Origin: Antedon mediterranea
Taxonomy: Eukaryota > Animalia > Echinodermata
Direction: 5' to 3'
NCBI RefSeq assembly: GCF_964355755.1
Contig: NC_092676.1
Span: 8,099,888 to 8,163,887, forward strand
Length of the DNA stretch: 64,000 bases
Translations under genes and position numbers: made by a program
Part shown: in pieces, positions 60,117 through 64,000 of the stretch
Layout of the letters: each line of letters begins with the position of its first letter
How positions within the stretch are numbered: the first letter of the stretch is position 1
Notes under the pieces: model-generated
Seen by the model: the letters and a program-made list of their open reading frames with translations, nothing else
What the model was told of the DNA's origin: nothing
Database searches by the model: none

Positions 60117-61863
60117 GTAAGTGATATTGTTTTAATGCCGCTTCAAAATGTTGTAATTTACGCGCGCGTACAAAATGCATAATTATCGATTTTAGTCAAG
60201 CGGGTTGATGCCTCTTCATTACCTCACTGATTTTAGTACATTATTTATAATTGTAAAGCCTTTACTGTGCAATTAAATAATTGTAAAATGTTTTGTTTGA
60301 AATACAAATGAAATTAGGATTATATCCAAAAATACCGGTGTTGTAGTTTAAGTAAATTTGCGATTATATAATTTTGCATTGTATTTAATTTGTTGATTAA
60401 ACCTTTCAGTAATAAATATTGATGAATCTTCTTTTATCACAATTACGAAGTTGGTACTCTTTTTGGTAGAAATACATTTTAACAATGTTATACACAAGTA
60501 TCTCGTAATCAAAGCAACCGTTTAATGTTTCATTGTCTTATTCTTTTTCTACAATTTAGTTATTTTTGTAATGCAAATTATGCTATTTCGAATATTCTAT
60601 TTCATATATTAAACGTAATGCAGTTAAGAAATATAATGTATAAAAAACATCACACACGATATACTTTCATAATTTCTACTGTAAACCGTGAAATATTTCT
60701 CTTTATGACTTTTCTAAATGTTGTATGTATTAAATTTTACTGACTTTTCACCGGGCAAAATATTCAATACACTCATATTTATAAACCATTACAAAAAATG
60801 TTTGGGATATACATTTTGTGGAATGAGGTTCATATCTAATATCAACATGATACTGTATCATGTCTAGCGATAACAAACATGAATTTCAGTTTCTTGTCTG
60901 CTCTCATACAACTTCTCCACATGGGTTACTGTTAGTTTGAGTTTTGTCAAGTCTAATAAGAATAGCATCTATGTATCACATTTTAAAACTGGTTGATGTT
61001 TTACCGTTCTCTACAATGTGTGACGCTGTTAAGATTCCCAAGTGACAATCTTCACTCTTTATACTATACTTCGGTGTATATACACGTCGTAAATTCAAAA
61101 GAAACTAACTTGAATGGAAAAATATCATGTATGACTTTTTCCGGTCTTCTCTTACGAAATCATCTTTATCTTTTGTCCGTTTGTCATTTATATTTTGTTT
61201 TTTGACTAAATAAATTTTTAAAAAGCACTTAGTAATAATCGCATAAACAGATAACAATTGTAACAAATATTCTGATATCAATATTATGTGCTTTTCTTCT
61301 TTCCGTTTCATGGAATTTATTCAATTCATTTATATGGCCCTAATACAGCAACTAATAGACCAAAACCTAAAAGAATTATTTCTTCTCTCAAAGCAAAGTA
61401 AACGTACTTTCCTAACTTATAAGTAAAGTTTGTGTTTGAAAGTTATAAACACAGCTAGTATAGAAGGATAAACATGTATAAATCTTGGAATAAATTTGTT
61501 TCTTAAATCATTATGAAATGTATAAAATAAAATGAAATTCATCCTCAACAATATTATTTTTACATACTTTACACGTTCTCTTCTAAGCCTTCCCATATTT
61601 CCTTTTCAATTTCATGCTCTATCTCTAAACGTAACTTAGTCAATAATTTTCTTTGATTAAAATTAATGGTATTAGTCAAATGATAACTTAAACATATTTT
61701 TTTTTTATAAAGAGAAAAGAACCTTAACTTATGATGTAAACTATACTTTGGAATACATTTTTGTTTTTCAATTTCAATATTCTTTCAACTTTTCTACAGC
61801 TATAACCAAATTCAGTAGAAACGAGTAACTTCTTGACCTGTTGTGACCAACAATTGTCATTAA

Positions 61864-62042
61864 AGCTTGGTTCCCACTAGAACGTAACGCAAGGACGTAA
61901 ACGCAACGCAAGCGTTTTAACCAACGACAAGCGAAGTTATAGACAGTTAGCAATCACAAGCGAATAAGCCATCGCTTGTGATTGGTCAATTCACTTGCGT
62001 TGCGTTACGTCCTTGCGTTGCGTCGCTAGTGGGAACCACGCT
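61864..62042 (-). mobile_element. MITE family B full-length copy
   Basis: 179 bp; almost the exact reverse complement of 51950..52128. Confidence 0.9.
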
Positions 62043-62486
62043 TTAGAATAACTTTTCTAAAGCTAGTTTGACAAATATGGTGATATGATGTCATCATGTC
62101 CATGGACACATCACATTGTTTGGTCAGTTAAAGTTTGATAGTTTAGACAGAGCTTAAGTTGAAACTCATATCACTTAAAACTTAAAATATCAAATAAATC
62201 TATCATGATCTAAAGTAATAATATGTAACCAAACAATCCAAATCGAACGCATTGAAATTGAAATGGTGGAATCATCGTATAACAATAATAATTACAAGCC
62301 AAATAGGATAATGGAGTTAATAAATGAAAAGAAACAACTCGACGAATTTGATTTATCTCCTTGATAAATTGAATGATGAATTAAGCTATGTGCATCAAAG
62401 TTAAATGGTCAATAATTTGTTTATAGCGGGCAGCAATGTCGTGATTGTAAACAAGAATGTGTAGGACTATCACAATACAATAACAT

Positions 62487-62879
62487 CAAAGAACTTATAA
62501 CACAAGAATCTCCTGTTCGTCCGAAGCGCGTAACAATTTCGAAAGGCATTGTGGGATGGAGTAGGGCGCCCGCATCAAATTAGAAAGTCAAAATCATAGA
62601 GGGGATCTGCTAATGCTCTAGGGGGGGGGGGGGGATAGAGTAATTGACTGAGGAGTAGGGCGCCCGCATCAAATTAGAAAGTCAAAATCATAGAGAGGAT
62701 CTGCTAATACTCTAGGGGGAGGGGGGGGGGTAAAAGTAATTGACTTCCTAGTTTGGAGGGGGAGCTGCTCCATGCTGTGAAATGGCGTCGCCCAGTTTGA
62801 CCTTTTAACCCTGTACTTCCGATACTGTGTTTTGAATGCAAATTGAAGAACAGGAGATTCTTGTGTTATAAGTTCTTTG
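62487..62879. mobile_element. P-element-like MITE (family P2), apparently young
   Basis: Perfect ~32-bp TIR CAAAGAACTTATAACACAAGAATCTCCTGTTC; perfect 7-bp TSD ATAACAT; internal ~93-bp duplication with G runs. Confidence 0.88.
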
Positions 62880-63023
62880 ATAACATCCATTGAACGTTTG
62901 CATTGCATTGCATACTTTTATTCAAAGGAAATATTTTAGTCCACAGAACACAGTTTTCTAAAGGCATCCATATATTATTAAAAATCGTTCAATCTATATA
63001 AATTATTTATAGGCCTATCGTTA

Positions 63024-63210
63024 AGATTAATTTACACAGACGAGCGGTAACGGTAATTCAAATATAAAATCTATGTTATTTCTAATGACCATTAACATAG
63101 AACGCGGAGCGGACGGGCGCTTTCCATTTAGGATAGATATTGATTCTATGTGGGACAGCTATGTGGTTTTCCACTTACCTTTACCGTAATTCGTCTGTGT
63201 ACGTTGGCCT
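63024..63210. mobile_element. MITE family C copy
   Basis: TTA TSD; reverse-oriented homologue of the 51917 host element, without the insert. Confidence 0.78.
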
Positions 63211-63279
63211 TTACTAGCGTTTAGATAACATTAAAAAACAGAAGCCTACCAATATAAGTATTATTAATATGTCTACCAA

Positions 63280-63404
63280 AGCTCTGTCTACATTATCAGA
63301 CAAAAAAAAAGAGATGTGCCACTATGACGTCAATTAGCACTACCATATTTGGGCACGTCACACTTTTTTGGGGGTAAAACTAGTTTGATAGTGTAGACAG
63401 AGCT
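63280..63404. mobile_element. MITE family A copy
   Basis: Both TIRs present. Confidence 0.82.
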
Positions 63405-64000
63405 TAATGACCGTTAAATAAGTTTCACACAATACATAGTGCATATATTTGCGGCTTCGCATTATTGTAGACTGTGCTATTCAAAATATTTTTATAGATT
63501 CTTTGAAATCAAAACAATCTAAATAGGAATTTAGCGTTATCAATTTATCTAGAATTGTTCATTCGTCAACAGAACATAATTAGTTAAGTGATGAGTTCGA
63601 TAACTCGTTCTTGTAAACGTCTCAGGTGGCCAAAGAAATGGTAATTTAGCAATATTAAAACATACGTCATCTGAAAATAATTGTGATCAGATTCGATTAG
63701 CAAAAATTAATAAATGTTTCGACAATTGTTAGGTTCATTTAATTTTGGATGATTGTGAGAGAAATCAGTCGATGATCAGCCACCTGCTTCTATGTTATTT
63801 AATACATAATATACTTGTGTCTAACTGACTTGCGATAGTCAGTTGAGATGTAGGCCTATCTAGTAAGTGACAGCTCTCTTGACATTACACTTGTCAAATT
63901 ATTGACCGTTTAGCACGGCCATCCACTATAGGCCTAATTGTGCACCGCGTTCTATAGACTTGCCCTAAGTCTGTACTTATTGTCTTATTTATGTTAGTTC

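Overview
AT-rich, intron-containing animal genomic DNA, most likely from an invertebrate deuterostome such as an echinoderm (inferred from gene content and repeat types, not proven). By-hand splicing supports seven protein-coding genes: the 5' end of BORA (-) head-to-head with MZT1 (+); a pectin-acetylesterase/Notum-family gene (+) with a type II membrane anchor and an altered catalytic triad; an unrecognised 209-aa gene (-); calumenin (+); and pitchfork/CIMAP3 (-) head-to-head with GTF2H1/TFIIH p62 (+). Introns and intergenic DNA carry many non-autonomous elements (PIF/Harbinger-, Kolobok-, P- and hAT-like MITEs, tRNA- and Deu-type SINEs, LINE and Penelope fragments) and four minisatellite arrays. 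The best lead is the membrane-anchored Notum/PAE homologue whose catalytic Asp and His are replaced. No CRISPR or prokaryotic system is present, and most ORF-track entries are spurious.
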